DNA of 64,000 nt, taken from the NCBI GenBank assembly GCA_965204375.1, contig OZ241986.1, positions 3,744,001 to 3,808,000 on the forward strand, written 5' to 3'. A program made the position numbers and the translations under genes. Of this stretch, positions 50,239-61,300 are shown piece after piece; the first letter of the stretch is position 1, and each line of letters starts with the position of its first letter. This stretch comes from Candidatus Latescibacterota bacterium. Its GTDB lineage: Bacteria; Latescibacterota; UBA2968. The notes under the pieces were generated by a model. That model saw nothing but the letters and a program-made list of their open reading frames with translations. It ran no database searches and had not been told where the DNA came from.

Positions 50239-50327
50239 AAAAACAATATACTCGCACAACAGCCAATCCGTCAAGGTTATAGAAAATCCTCGCATGAAAA
50301 GAACAGTTTGTTTAAGTTAAAACCCTT

Positions 50328-52232
50328 ATGAAACGAACCTATTTTCTCATCCCCCTACTCTTCTGTGGTTGTCTCGCACCCGACCCAGGGCATCTTGCAA
50401 AAACAGGTGAAGCCGCGCAATCCAACGCGGCGATTCGCGAAACGCGCGCACCCAAACAGATCGACCCGAAAATCCTCATCAACCGCACCTTTAATGAAGC
50501 CCCCATCCTCGCTGAAAAAGTCAAAAAAGGGGAACTCCCCTCCGTATCTGAACGCCTGCCCGAAAATCCACTCATCGTCGTCCCCATGGACACCATCGGA
50601 CAATACGGTGGCATCTTGCGACGCGCACTCACCGGCGACATCATCCAAACAGCGGGAACCAATAAAACATTGAGCGAAAACCTCATGGGATTTTCGCGCC
50701 CCTTGCCCGACAGCATCGTACACAACCTCGCCGAGAGTTTTGATTTTCACGACGAAGGCCGAACCGCAATCTTCAAAATCCGCAAAGGCATCAAATGGTC
50801 AGACGGCGTGCCATTTACAGTTGATGACATATTGTTCTGGTACTACGACATGACCTTTGACGACAATGCCCGCCCCCACAACCAGCCCGTACCCCCCTCC
50901 GTGTGGGTCGTCGATGGCAAACCCATTGACCTGAAAAAAATCGACGACCACACCCTTGAAGTCTCATCGTCCAAACCCCTCGGCCGCGTATTACACGCCC
51001 TGTGTTTAGACGTCATCGCACAGCCCAAACACCATCTGTCGCACCTGCACCCCCGCTACAATCCCGAAGCGACATACGAAGAATTTCGAGAACAAGCCAC
51101 CAATGCCATGGTCATCATGAAACCCGGCATGCCGCGCTTATCCGCCTGGGTCCCCGTCGAATGGATTCGCGGTCAACGCATCGTCTATGCGCGCAACCCC
51201 TATTACTGGAAAATCGACACAGCGGGCAATCAATTACCTTATGCGGACCGCATCGAATTTACAGTCATTCAAGACCCCCAGGTTATCCTGCTCAAATTTG
51301 TCAACGGCGAACTCGACCTGTTTGGGCGCTACTCTCGCATCAACATGTTTCCCACGCTGCGCACCGAAGAAAAAAAGGGCAAATTCAAATTGCGGATCAC
51401 CGGTCCAGACCGCGGTCCGGCATATTACCTCAACTGGGACACCCCAAAACCCGCCCTGCGAGAAGCCTTTCGCAACCGCGACGTACGCATAGCCCTGTCG
51501 TATGCGATCAACCGAGAAGAAATCAACCAGATCGTCTATCACGGCCTCCTCGATCCCGCGGGCTACTCCTTCGCGCCCTCTAATCCACACTATTCAGAAG
51601 CCGCCTATCGCAAATACGCCAAATTCGACCCCGACAAATCCCGCGACCTCCTCGACAAAGCTGGATACCGCGACACAGACGGCGATGGTTGGCGCGAACT
51701 CAAAGACGGCTCGCGTTTTGAGCTCAACATCGACGTCGTCCCCGGCGTAGGCGTCGATGTTTCCGAACTCGTCTCCGAACACTGGCGCGACATAGGCATC
51801 AAAGCCAACCTGAACATATCCCTGCGCGACATTGTATGGCCCCGCCGCCTCAACGGCGAATTTGACATTCACCACTGGGGCCTCGAAGGCCCTGCCGATC
51901 CCCTGGGCCGCCTCAATGACTGGGCAATCATGGCACCCACCGTCCCCTTTTGGCACCGCAACGCCTCCAAAGAAGGTCCCGCGTGGTTACACGAATCTAC
52001 AATGCGCATCAAAAAAGTATTGACAACCGTAGATCCCATAGCCGTACATGAACACATGACAAAAGTGCGCGACCTCCACACCGACAACGTACCCGTTATT
52101 GTCGTCGGCTCCGCCTACTCTATATGGGGTGCCAGCACGCGACTCGGCAATGTCCCCATGCAGGGCAGCGCCGCCGACGTACACCGCGGCTGGGGCCGCC
52201 CTGTATTTCACGAACAGATATTTATAAAATAG
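50328..52232 (+). CDS. ABC transporter substrate-binding lipoprotein (family 5)
   Basis: Lipobox FCGC; LP.V.ERLP.NP, KWSDG.PFT and NPYYWK.D..GNQLPY motifs. Confidence 0.92.
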   Translation: MKRTYFLIPLLFCGCLAPDPGHLAKTGEAAQSNAAIRETRAPKQIDPKILINRTFNEAPILAEKVKKGELPSVSERLPENPLIVVPMDTIGQYGGILRRALTGDIIQTAGTNKTLSENLMGFSRPLPDSIVHNLAESFDFHDEGRTAIFKIRKGIKWSDGVPFTVDDILFWYYDMTFDDNARPHNQPVPPSVWVVDGKPIDLKKIDDHTLEVSSSKPLGRVLHALCLDVIAQPKHHLSHLHPRYNPEATYEEFREQATNAMVIMKPGMPRLSAWVPVEWIRGQRIVYARNPYYWKIDTAGNQLPYADRIEFTVIQDPQVILLKFVNGELDLFGRYSRINMFPTLRTEEKKGKFKLRITGPDRGPAYYLNWDTPKPALREAFRNRDVRIALSYAINREEINQIVYHGLLDPAGYSFAPSNPHYSEAAYRKYAKFDPDKSRDLLDKAGYRDTDGDGWRELKDGSRFELNIDVVPGVGVDVSELVSEHWRDIGIKANLNISLRDIVWPRRLNGEFDIHHWGLEGPADPLGRLNDWAIMAPTVPFWHRNASKEGPAWLHESTMRIKKVLTTVDPIAVHEHMTKVRDLHTDNVPVIVVGSAYSIWGASTRLGNVPMQGSAADVHRGWGRPVFHEQIFIK

Positions 52233-52236
52233 CGAT

Positions 52237-53235
52237 ATGACCAACTACATCATCCGCCGCCTATTGCACATGATCCCCACGCTGATCCTGATCTCAATGG
52301 TCAGCTTTGTGGTCATACAAGCACCGCCGGGCGATATGCTCACCTCTCGCCTCGCCGAATTGGCCGAACAGGGCGAACTCGGATCTGAAAGCGCAATGGC
52401 GCAAATTGAAGCCCTGCGCGAACGCTATGGCCTCAACGACCCGATCTATGTGCAATACATCCACTGGATCTGGAAAATCGTCAGCAAAGGCGACTTCGGG
52501 CAATCCTTCACTTACGAAATGGACGTGATGGAACTCCTGGCCGAACGACTGGGACTCACACTTACCCTCACACTCTCCACATTGATCTTCACCTGGATCG
52601 TCGCCATACCCATTGGCATCTACTCTGCCACCCGACAGTATTCGATAGGCGATTACGGCTTTACCTTTCTCGGATTCATCGGCCTGGCCACCCCAAACTT
52701 TTTGCTGGCTCTGGTCATCATGTTCATTCAGGTCGCCGTCTTCGAAGCCGAGTCCGTAGGCGGCCTCCTCTCTCCCGAATATATCGGTGCTGCCTGGACA
52801 TGGGCAAAATTCGTCGATCTCCTCAAGCATATCTGGGTACCCATCATCGTCATCGGCACGGGCAGCACAGCGGGCATTATCCGCATCATGCGCGGCAACC
52901 TGCTCGACATACTCGGCCAACAACACATTCAAACCGGGCGCGCCAAGGGCCTCAAAGAAGGCAAAGTCATTGTCAAATACGGCGTGCGCATCGCCATCAA
53001 CCCCCTCGTCAGTCGTCTGGGCCTCGAACTGCCCAACCTGCTCTCTGGCGCCGTTGTCACCGGCATCGTACTCGGCCTGCCAACAGCTGGCCCCATTTTC
53101 CTCACAGCACTCACATCTCAAGACATGTATCTGGCAGGTGCATTCCTGCTCCTATCTGCCACTTTCTTGCTCATCGGCAATTTATTAGCCGATATTCTCC
53201 TGGCTTGGCTCGACCCGAGGATTCGCTATGAGTAG
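52237..53235 (+). CDS. Peptide/nickel ABC transporter permease (DppB/OppB-like)
   Basis: YIIRRLL, GDFGQS and RAKGL motifs; DPRIR end. Confidence 0.92.
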   Translation: MTNYIIRRLLHMIPTLILISMVSFVVIQAPPGDMLTSRLAELAEQGELGSESAMAQIEALRERYGLNDPIYVQYIHWIWKIVSKGDFGQSFTYEMDVMELLAERLGLTLTLTLSTLIFTWIVAIPIGIYSATRQYSIGDYGFTFLGFIGLATPNFLLALVIMFIQVAVFEAESVGGLLSPEYIGAAWTWAKFVDLLKHIWVPIIVIGTGSTAGIIRIMRGNLLDILGQQHIQTGRAKGLKEGKVIVKYGVRIAINPLVSRLGLELPNLLSGAVVTGIVLGLPTAGPIFLTALTSQDMYLAGAFLLLSATFLLIGNLLADILLAWLDPRIRYE

Positions 53236-54367
53236 TATCGTCGAAACACCCCCCGACGAGCGCGTGGAAAGCGTTGGTGAAAACACAACCACCGCCACCT
53301 ATTCACAGCGCCAGCTCATCTGGCGGCGTTTCAAAAAACACCGCGCCGGCGTCATCGGCGGATGCGTGGTCATCTTTCTCTACTTATGCGTCTTTCTGGG
53401 CGAATTTCTGGCACCACACGATCCGGCGCATCGCTACTATAACTACGTACACCTGCCCGCCCAGCGCATCCACATATTCTCTCAAGACGGCATCCACTGG
53501 CCCTTTGTCTATGGCATCAAAAAATCTTTTGATCTGCAAACCGGCGTCAAGGCCTATACAGAAGACGCCTCTGTGCGCTACCCCGTGTACCCCTTTGTGC
53601 GAGGTGCCCAATACACATTCTACGGCCTCTTTACCACCGACATCCACCTGTTTGGCACCGGCAAAGGCAATCCCATGTTCCTCCTTGGCACCGACCGTTT
53701 TGGGCGCGACATGCTCTCGCGCATCATCGCAGGGGGTCGCATCTCTCTCACCATCGGCCTGCTCGCCGTATTCATCAGCCTCACCCTCGGCTCTACGCTC
53801 GGCGTGATCTCCGGCTATTACGGTGGCAATATCGACAACATCATCCAGCGCATCATCGAACTCATCTTTGCGTTTCCATCTATCCCCATTCTCATGGCCC
53901 TCAGCGCAATATTGCCTCCCGAATGGCCCTCGCACCTGGTCTTTATGGGCATCGTCACCGTACTCGCGCTCGTGGGATGGGGCGGGCTCGCCCGTGAAAT
54001 ACGCGGCAAAACCCTGTCCATCCGCGAATCCGACTTTGTACTGGCCGCCCGCGTGGCCGGCGCCAGAGATCGGCGCATCATCTTCCGGCACCTGCTCCCG
54101 TCCATGTTCAGCCACATCATCGTCATAGCAACCCTCGCCATACCCGGATTCATCCTCGGCGAAAGCACATTGAGCTTTCTCGGCCTGGGCATCAAGCCGC
54201 CCATGACATCCTGGGGACTGCTCTTATCCGACGCCATGAACATTCACTCACTCAGTCTCTATCCCTGGCTTCTCATCCCGGGCGTCTGCATCATCATCGC
54301 CGTACTCGCCTTCAACTTCCTCGGCGATGGCCTGCGCGATGCAGCCGATCCGTATTCGAGCAGATAA
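53228..54367 (+). CDS. Peptide/nickel ABC transporter permease (DppC/OppC-like)
   Basis: LGTD.FGRD, LSFLGLG and FNFLGDGLRDA.DP motifs. Confidence 0.92.
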   Translation: MSSIVETPPDERVESVGENTTTATYSQRQLIWRRFKKHRAGVIGGCVVIFLYLCVFLGEFLAPHDPAHRYYNYVHLPAQRIHIFSQDGIHWPFVYGIKKSFDLQTGVKAYTEDASVRYPVYPFVRGAQYTFYGLFTTDIHLFGTGKGNPMFLLGTDRFGRDMLSRIIAGGRISLTIGLLAVFISLTLGSTLGVISGYYGGNIDNIIQRIIELIFAFPSIPILMALSAILPPEWPSHLVFMGIVTVLALVGWGGLAREIRGKTLSIRESDFVLAARVAGARDRRIIFRHLLPSMFSHIIVIATLAIPGFILGESTLSFLGLGIKPPMTSWGLLLSDAMNIHSLSLYPWLLIPGVCIIIAVLAFNFLGDGLRDAADPYSSR

Positions 54368-54464
54368 GAAGTAAGAAGTAAGAAGTAAGAAGGCCCCACC
54401 CAACCACCCAAAGGCGGGTGCCTCATCACCTTTCACCCTTCACCCTTCACACTTCACACTTCCT
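54365..54464. repeat. Second heptamer element: (AGAAGTA)3 plus spacer plus CTTCACC/CTTCACA array
   Basis: Same architecture as the 49.2-kb element, with a similar spacer (AGAAGGCCC..CAACCACCC.AA.GC). Confidence 0.8.
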
Positions 54465-55445
54465 ATGCCGCTCTTAGACATACGCGACCTCAAAACCTAT
54501 TTTCACACCGACGATGGCATCGTGCGCGCGGTCGATGGCGTATCCCTATCCATCGCGCCCGAAAAAACACTCGGCTTAGTCGGCGAATCGGGCTGCGGAA
54601 AAAGCATCACCGCCTTTTCAACCATGCGCCTCATCCCGAGTCCCCCGGGCAAAATCGAACACGGGCAGATCCTCTTTCACAAAGATTCCGAAAGCGATCC
54701 CATTGACCTGACACAACTCAACCCCAAAGGCACGCAGATGCGCGACATTCGCGGGAATGACATCGCCATGATCTTTCAGGAGCCTATGACCTCTCTCAGC
54801 CCTGTACACACCGTGGGCAATCAAATTGCCGAGGCGATCATGCTGCATCAGAATACAGACAAAAAAGAAGCCCGCGAACGCGCCATCGATGCCCTCAACA
54901 AAGTGCGCCTACCGCGTCCCGACCGTCAGGTCGATGCATATCCCCATGAACTCTCAGGCGGCATGCGCCAGCGCGCCATGATCGCAATGGCCCTCTCGTG
55001 CAATCCCAGCCTTCTCATCGCCGACGAACCCACGACAGCCCTCGATGTCACTGTGCAGGCCCAAATCCTGGACCTGATGCGCCATCTCCAATCCGACATC
55101 GGCATGGCGATCATGCTCATCACCCACGACCTCGGCGTCGTCGCCAGCATGGCCGACTACGTCGCAGTGATGTACCTGGGCAAAATCGTCGAATACTCCG
55201 ACACGCGCACCGTATTCAAAAATCCGCGCCATCCCTACACTATGGGCCTGCTGAACTCCATCCCACAGGTGGGCCAAAAACGCCGCCTGGTACCCATCGA
55301 AGGCACAATCCCCGACCCCTTTGAAATCCCACAGGGCTGCGCCTTTGCCCCGCGGTGCCCGCATGTAATGGATAAGTGCCGCGAAGAACCACAACTCCTC
55401 GAAATCGAATCGGGTCATCGCGTCAGTTGCTGGCTGGAAAACTGA
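54465..55445 (+). CDS. Peptide/nickel ABC transporter ATP-binding protein (DppD-like)
   Basis: [16 protein letters not shown] and C-terminal GC.FAPRC motifs. Confidence 0.93.
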   Translation: MPLLDIRDLKTYFHTDDGIVRAVDGVSLSIAPEKTLGLVGESGCGKSITAFSTMRLIPSPPGKIEHGQILFHKDSESDPIDLTQLNPKGTQMRDIRGNDIAMIFQEPMTSLSPVHTVGNQIAEAIMLHQNTDKKEARERAIDALNKVRLPRPDRQVDAYPHELSGGMRQRAMIAMALSCNPSLLIADEPTTALDVTVQAQILDLMRHLQSDIGMAIMLITHDLGVVASMADYVAVMYLGKIVEYSDTRTVFKNPRHPYTMGLLNSIPQVGQKRRLVPIEGTIPDPFEIPQGCAFAPRCPHVMDKCREEPQLLEIESGHRVSCWLEN

Positions 55446-55471
55446 CCGCGTCGCAAACGGAAAAGGACATC

Positions 55472-56476
<1,005 letters not shown>

Positions 56477-56485
56477 GAGGAAATA

Positions 56486-57283
56486 ATGTCCCTAACACAA
56501 AAACAACTCGACCGCTTTCGCAACTCGGGTTACGCCATTGTCCCCGACATGTTCACCCGCCGAGAAATACGTGCCATGCGCGCTGAACTCGACCGCTTCA
56601 AACGCGAGGGCCTCCTCCGCAATGTCGCCACCGACGGGGATGGGCAGACCCATTCACAAACGCAAATCAACCTGCAAATCTGTCCCATCACGCCCAAAAG
56701 CGCGTTTTACCGCGCCCTGCACTTTCACCCTAAAGTCCTCGCCCTTGTCGAGCAACTCATCGGCTCACCCTTCGTGTTCTACCTCGATCAGATCTTTCTC
56801 AAACCCGGCAAACAGGGCATAGGCACGGACTGGCACCAGGACAACGCGTATTTCAAAATCAGAGACCCCGCCAAAGGCCTTGGCATGTGGGTTGCCCTTC
56901 ACGATGCCAACATCGCCAACGGCACACTGCACATCGTACCCGACAGCCACCGCGAAAATTACACCCACGACCGGGACCCCAACAGCGACCATCACATCCA
57001 CTGCACAGTACCCGAAGAAAGAGCCATCCCCATTGAATTACCAGCCGGAGGTGCCGTCTTCTTCAATTTCGGCATTGCACATCGCACACTCGCAAACACC
57101 ACAAAAAGAGAACGCGCGGGCCTTGCCCTGCACTTTTTGAACACCGACTATATCCCCAAAAACCTCAAAGCAACCCGACGCTATACCCACCTCACAGGTC
57201 CCCTTGCCACAGGCGGAGAAAAAGAATACGGCCTTTGTGTTGCCAACACCTGGCCCAACGAAGTAGATCGTCTGCTCGCATAA
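56486..57283 (+). CDS. Phytanoyl-CoA dioxygenase (PhyH) family Fe(II)/2OG oxygenase
   Basis: WHQD, W.AL.DA...NG.L..VP.SH and distal H..AN motifs. Confidence 0.9.
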   Translation: MSLTQKQLDRFRNSGYAIVPDMFTRREIRAMRAELDRFKREGLLRNVATDGDGQTHSQTQINLQICPITPKSAFYRALHFHPKVLALVEQLIGSPFVFYLDQIFLKPGKQGIGTDWHQDNAYFKIRDPAKGLGMWVALHDANIANGTLHIVPDSHRENYTHDRDPNSDHHIHCTVPEERAIPIELPAGGAVFFNFGIAHRTLANTTKRERAGLALHFLNTDYIPKNLKATRRYTHLTGPLATGGEKEYGLCVANTWPNEVDRLLA

Positions 57284-57287
57284 AAAA

Positions 57288-57313
57288 TAGGGCGAAAAAT
57301 CTTTCGCCCCTAC
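57288..57313. terminator. Palindrome between convergent genes (REP-like or terminator)
   Basis: TAGGGCGAAA..TTTCGCCCCTAC preceded by an A-tract. Confidence 0.6.
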
Positions 57314-57597
57314 TCCTGCGCCCTTGCCTTAATAACGCGCTTCACCTTGGAAACCTCGCGCCAGAGTACCCGGGCCTTACCCTGTGTCTCTGTGGTCACC
57401 ACAATCTCTTCTTTATCTGCCCGCAACAAAATCCCCTGAAATGTCGTACCATCCCTGGTCTCTATTAACACAGAATCCCCCACTGCGACTTGCTCTGGGG
57501 AATGCACCACCTCGTAATAAATATAAGACGAGGGCGATGTGGTCTCACATCCACAAATCCACAGACTCAAAATTGCAACCATTAGCAACCTGTTCAT
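57310..57597 (-). CDS. Small hypothetical lipoprotein
   Basis: MNRLLMVAILSLWICGC lipobox; short beta-rich domain. Confidence 0.7.
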   Translation of the reverse strand: MNRLLMVAILSLWICGCETTSPSSYIYYEVVHSPEQVAVGDSVLIETRDGTTFQGILLRADKEEIVVTTETQGKARVLWREVSKVKRVIKARAQE

Positions 57598-57605
57598 AAC
57601 ATGCC

Positions 57606-58484
57606 TCACAGCGGTTCTGCTGAAAAAACTCGCCATCGATCCACAGGTCGAAATTTCTGCTTGAACTGACGCAAACCCGACAAACCCAGATCCCCGGCGT
57701 CATTTACGCGGCGATAATCAGACAACGCGCCATAAACCCGCCACCGCAAAAAATACGACAAATCGGGCAAATCGGGATTGGTCTTTGCAACAAAAAAATG
57801 CGCCAAATCGGGCTGCATCTTCCCGCTCAGGGCAAAAGCCTCAATCCGCCCCGCAACCTCCACACACCATCCCCACAACACATCTTCTGACCAAAAATGA
57901 AACTGATCGAGCGCTGCCCGCGTATATCCCCAGTCCAGCAAAAAGGGATGCCGACGCCCCTGGCGCCGACGCCAATGCTTCAACAGCGCGAAACAATCCG
58001 GCACATCCCACGCAGTCAAAGCGCGAAAACGGAACGCGTGGGCGCGCTCAAATCGCCTCACGCGCTTGCGCACATCCCTGAAACGCCTTCCTCTGACCGC
58101 AGCAATCTGCGATGGATCGTAAACGTATTCTGCGTCTTTATCGCGAAGTGCAAACTCTTCGGTATCTACATATTTGGCATCACAGGCATCTAACCACAAA
58201 ATTCTCGGCAGATGGCCATCTTGATGAGACGCAAGTTTGTCGATAACCCTCTTCAGCGTATCAGCATCACAGGGAACAGGTGGCAGCAGCAAATCAACAC
58301 CTTCTGGACGCTTTACCAACAGACACGTACTCCCCGCAATTTCATCCACACACACAATCCGATTGGGCGCGAGACTAAAAGCACAAAGAAAAGGCGGAAA
58401 ATAACACCAGGCCCGTTTGTTTGCGCGCAAAAACACATCGCGCAAATACTCGCCATACGTGGGATCAATGGGATGCCCGATCAC
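57606..58484 (-). CDS. DUF2156 / LPG synthase C-terminal-like domain protein
   Basis: EYVY....G..F...R..V.RF, K.N and VND.GDLG..GLR.FK..F.P motifs. Confidence 0.8.
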   Translation of the reverse strand: MIGHPIDPTYGEYLRDVFLRANKRAWCYFPPFLCAFSLAPNRIVCVDEIAGSTCLLVKRPEGVDLLLPPVPCDADTLKRVIDKLASHQDGHLPRILWLDACDAKYVDTEEFALRDKDAEYVYDPSQIAAVRGRRFRDVRKRVRRFERAHAFRFRALTAWDVPDCFALLKHWRRRQGRRHPFLLDWGYTRAALDQFHFWSEDVLWGWCVEVAGRIEAFALSGKMQPDLAHFFVAKTNPDLPDLSYFLRWRVYGALSDYRRVNDAGDLGLSGLRQFKQKFRPVDRWRVFSAEPL

Positions 58485-59478
58485 CTTGTCGCCGCCTTTT
58501 GAGATCAGCCGTGTACAGTGCCCCGTGATATGTGCCAGTCACAAGAGGCTGTGGCTTCCCGGTAGAAATAAGACGAATCATCTGACTGACCCCACCCAAT
58601 ACCTGGGCACCGACATATTCATTAAAATCCGGTATGATTTCCACAGGCGCAAAGCCCATCTCGATCAATGAACCAATCGCCCGTACTGTCTCATCTGGTG
58701 AACGACGGCCAAAACTGACAAACCCCTGCTTACCCACCTCGGGCACCAGTGCAGAGGCACCGCGCGAAACAAATAACGACAAACCGGACAACGTGTAGGG
58801 TGGATCGGTAAAAAACACATCCATTTGTCTGCACAGGTCACCCGGAATATCTTCGCGCAAATCGCGTGCAATCACAGTGATAGGCAACCCTTCGCGTTCA
58901 CTGATCACACCGAGAAAATCAACGAGCCGCTCATCGCACTCTATCACCACCACCTGCCCGAGAACAATCTCCAAATGCTGCGCCAGCAATCCCACCGCCA
59001 CAGACGTCAGATCGTCGTCCCCCAAAACGAGCAGATTGCGCCCTTCGAGAGCATCGTGTTCGTACAAATACACCGCGCGCCTTAAAACGGTCTCAGGCGT
59101 TGCATGGGATTGATCCAGTCTGACATCGACCTCTGGCCGCCTCTCAGCAATATCCGCAAAACGACCACACACCTCTTTCAAAACCACAGGAATGGGAGGC
59201 ACGCCCGGACGCGCAAAGCGTTTGCGGCATGACAGCCCCAACTCCGATTGCACAACACTCAGGCCCTTACCCGTGAGCGAAACCCCACCTTTTCGCGTCA
59301 AAATACCTCGCTTTTCCAATTCACCCCGCACAGCGGCAACCACGGGAACGGGCAACCCCACCTCCTGGGCGACATTGCGAATGGGAATCTGCTCAGCCAT
59401 AAAAACCGTTCGCAGAATGCGACGCACACCCTCGGCACCTTCGGCCAGCCGCGCCTGGATTGCCACCTCGCGCAGCAA
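58465..59478 (-). CDS. bpsA: N4-bis(aminopropyl)spermidine synthase (BpsA/DUF43) family protein
   Basis: LDQ..ATPET..RRA, LGDDDLTS, D.RL and DVFFTDPPYT motifs. Confidence 0.8.
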   Translation of the reverse strand: MLREVAIQARLAEGAEGVRRILRTVFMAEQIPIRNVAQEVGLPVPVVAAVRGELEKRGILTRKGGVSLTGKGLSVVQSELGLSCRKRFARPGVPPIPVVLKEVCGRFADIAERRPEVDVRLDQSHATPETVLRRAVYLYEHDALEGRNLLVLGDDDLTSVAVGLLAQHLEIVLGQVVVIECDERLVDFLGVISEREGLPITVIARDLREDIPGDLCRQMDVFFTDPPYTLSGLSLFVSRGASALVPEVGKQGFVSFGRRSPDETVRAIGSLIEMGFAPVEIIPDFNEYVGAQVLGGVSQMIRLISTGKPQPLVTGTYHGALYTADLKRRRQGDRASH

Positions 59479-59497
59479 GTCAACGGGAAAATTTGAC

Positions 59498-60586
59498 CTA
59501 TGCCGTTTCGGAATCAGTGTTATCGCTGGCCTCCTCGCTCACAACCTCGAGATCATCATCCCGAGCAAGCAAATTTTCATCGTCCTTGCGATGTCTTAAA
59601 ACCACATACATCAAACTCAGTCCCGACGCATAAGTCGCCTGGACATAAGCAACCACAATACCCGTAATCACAATGAGCATCACCCCGAGGATACCACCAC
59701 CCCAGACCTCTGCTCCCGACGGTGTCCCAGGCACGGGCAAACTCGCAAACAGATCATCCCATTTCTCCGGGACAAACAAGAGATAGTGCGACGCCACGTA
59801 AAAAAGATTGGCCAGTTTAACATCCATAAACAAACCACATGCCCAGGCAATCAGACCAATCGCAGCCATGGTTAAAGCTCCCAGCATCATCAAACCAACC
59901 CACACCGCAAAAATCATCCACATCGCATACAAAACCAATCGCCAGGGCTGTGACCACGTCAGTGAAAACGACTGTATCACAACATCTAAAATATCAACCC
60001 CCTCTGTACCCACAATAGCTGGCGACATAATCACAGCAACAACAAATACCAGACCGATAAACACCGCCAACAAAGCCGTAAAAAAAATGGGAATAAAACA
60101 CAGCGCAAAAACGATCTCACCTGCTACTGGGATCCAGCTAACAACCCACCCAATAACAACGCCGCCAATCACAAAAAGGGCAAACAGAGCGAGCACGGCA
60201 ACGGGGCCAAACAGCACAGTTTTCCAGCGCCCTCTTGCAAATCGGCAGGCATCGCCAACCGAATAAAATTCATCGCCCCGAAGCTGCTGAAAAGTGATCT
60301 TGCACATCATACTGGTCGTCACAAACACCACCGACAGGGCAAACACCATACCCAAAACGTGCAACCCCGTACCGAGCAGATCAAATTCACCGAGCGTTGC
60401 GCCGGGAAATAAACCATAGCGCTGCCACAGACCCGCACTGTCCGCACGCATATGCGCGACAAGCAAAAAAACCGAATAGCCCGCCCAGGCCACAATCAAT
60501 CCCAACAGCCCAGCCCAAATTTTTTTTCCAGACCAACCCAATCGCACACAGCGAAAAATATCTCGAATATCAAAATGCAGATTCAT
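59498..60586 (-). CDS. Hypothetical integral membrane protein
   Basis: Several long hydrophobic segments; co-oriented in the murA-cca run. Confidence 0.75.
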   Translation of the reverse strand: MNLHFDIRDIFRCVRLGWSGKKIWAGLLGLIVAWAGYSVFLLVAHMRADSAGLWQRYGLFPGATLGEFDLLGTGLHVLGMVFALSVVFVTTSMMCKITFQQLRGDEFYSVGDACRFARGRWKTVLFGPVAVLALFALFVIGGVVIGWVVSWIPVAGEIVFALCFIPIFFTALLAVFIGLVFVVAVIMSPAIVGTEGVDILDVVIQSFSLTWSQPWRLVLYAMWMIFAVWVGLMMLGALTMAAIGLIAWACGLFMDVKLANLFYVASHYLLFVPEKWDDLFASLPVPGTPSGAEVWGGGILGVMLIVITGIVVAYVQATYASGLSLMYVVLRHRKDDENLLARDDDLEVVSEEASDNTDSETA

Positions 60587-60638
60587 AAAAAATAGCTCCA
60601 GCGGTCAATCCAACCAGTCCCCAGTCCCTGTTTCCTTC

Positions 60639-61205
60639 TCATTGCTCAGATGGTTCTTCCCGCTCATTCACATTGAGCACCTCTCGAACCGCAGTCAAAA
60701 AATCGTCCAATGCCATGTGCGATTCTTGCGCTTGCGCGGGCTTGCTGCGCACACCCGGAGGCAAAGGCACATGTCTGAGTCGGACCTGGCGATTCTCACC
60801 TTCGCCCACCTGTACTGTATAACACCCCTGTCCCAATCCCATCGGCCATGGAGACCCATAATTGTCGCGCTTCGAAAGAAACAGCACGGTTTCTTGTCCC
60901 ACCACAAACTGCGGCATACCTGGCACATACATCTGTTGCCCTTCCCATTTGCCGCCAGGCAAAGTCAGCACCATTTCCGAATTGGCCTGCCCTTTGACCA
61001 CCGCCATCACTCTAAACCGCGTTTGGGTAAAAATACCCTCTCGACCGGCAAAAACTGCATTATCGCGCGCGAGACATTTGACATGCACAATAGTCTGCGC
61101 GGTTTCGCACATCTCTTCAAAGACAAACGTCTTCACAGTTGTCGCCCAGGCAGGTGTCCACCCCATAGCCATCAGCATCAAACCTGCAAACAATCCTCTA
61201 TTCAT
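60639..61205 (-). CDS. Hypothetical secreted protein
   Basis: Signal peptide ending AWA; PGG...VPG.P.F..G...VLFL motif; GGAGG RBS. Confidence 0.75.
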   Translation of the reverse strand: MNRGLFAGLMLMAMGWTPAWATTVKTFVFEEMCETAQTIVHVKCLARDNAVFAGREGIFTQTRFRVMAVVKGQANSEMVLTLPGGKWEGQQMYVPGMPQFVVGQETVLFLSKRDNYGSPWPMGLGQGCYTVQVGEGENRQVRLRHVPLPPGVRSKPAQAQESHMALDDFLTAVREVLNVNEREEPSEQ

Positions 61206-61300
61206 TACCTACCTCCTGAAAAAAACAGCAACCAGTAAACATCTCAAATATCATCTCTTATACATCTCAACGGGCAAACAGTTGCAGGATGATTTCAGAA

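Noticed and set aside
52294-54115. 275-aa and 243-aa minus-strand ORFs
   Set aside because: Antisense shadows of the ABC permease genes.
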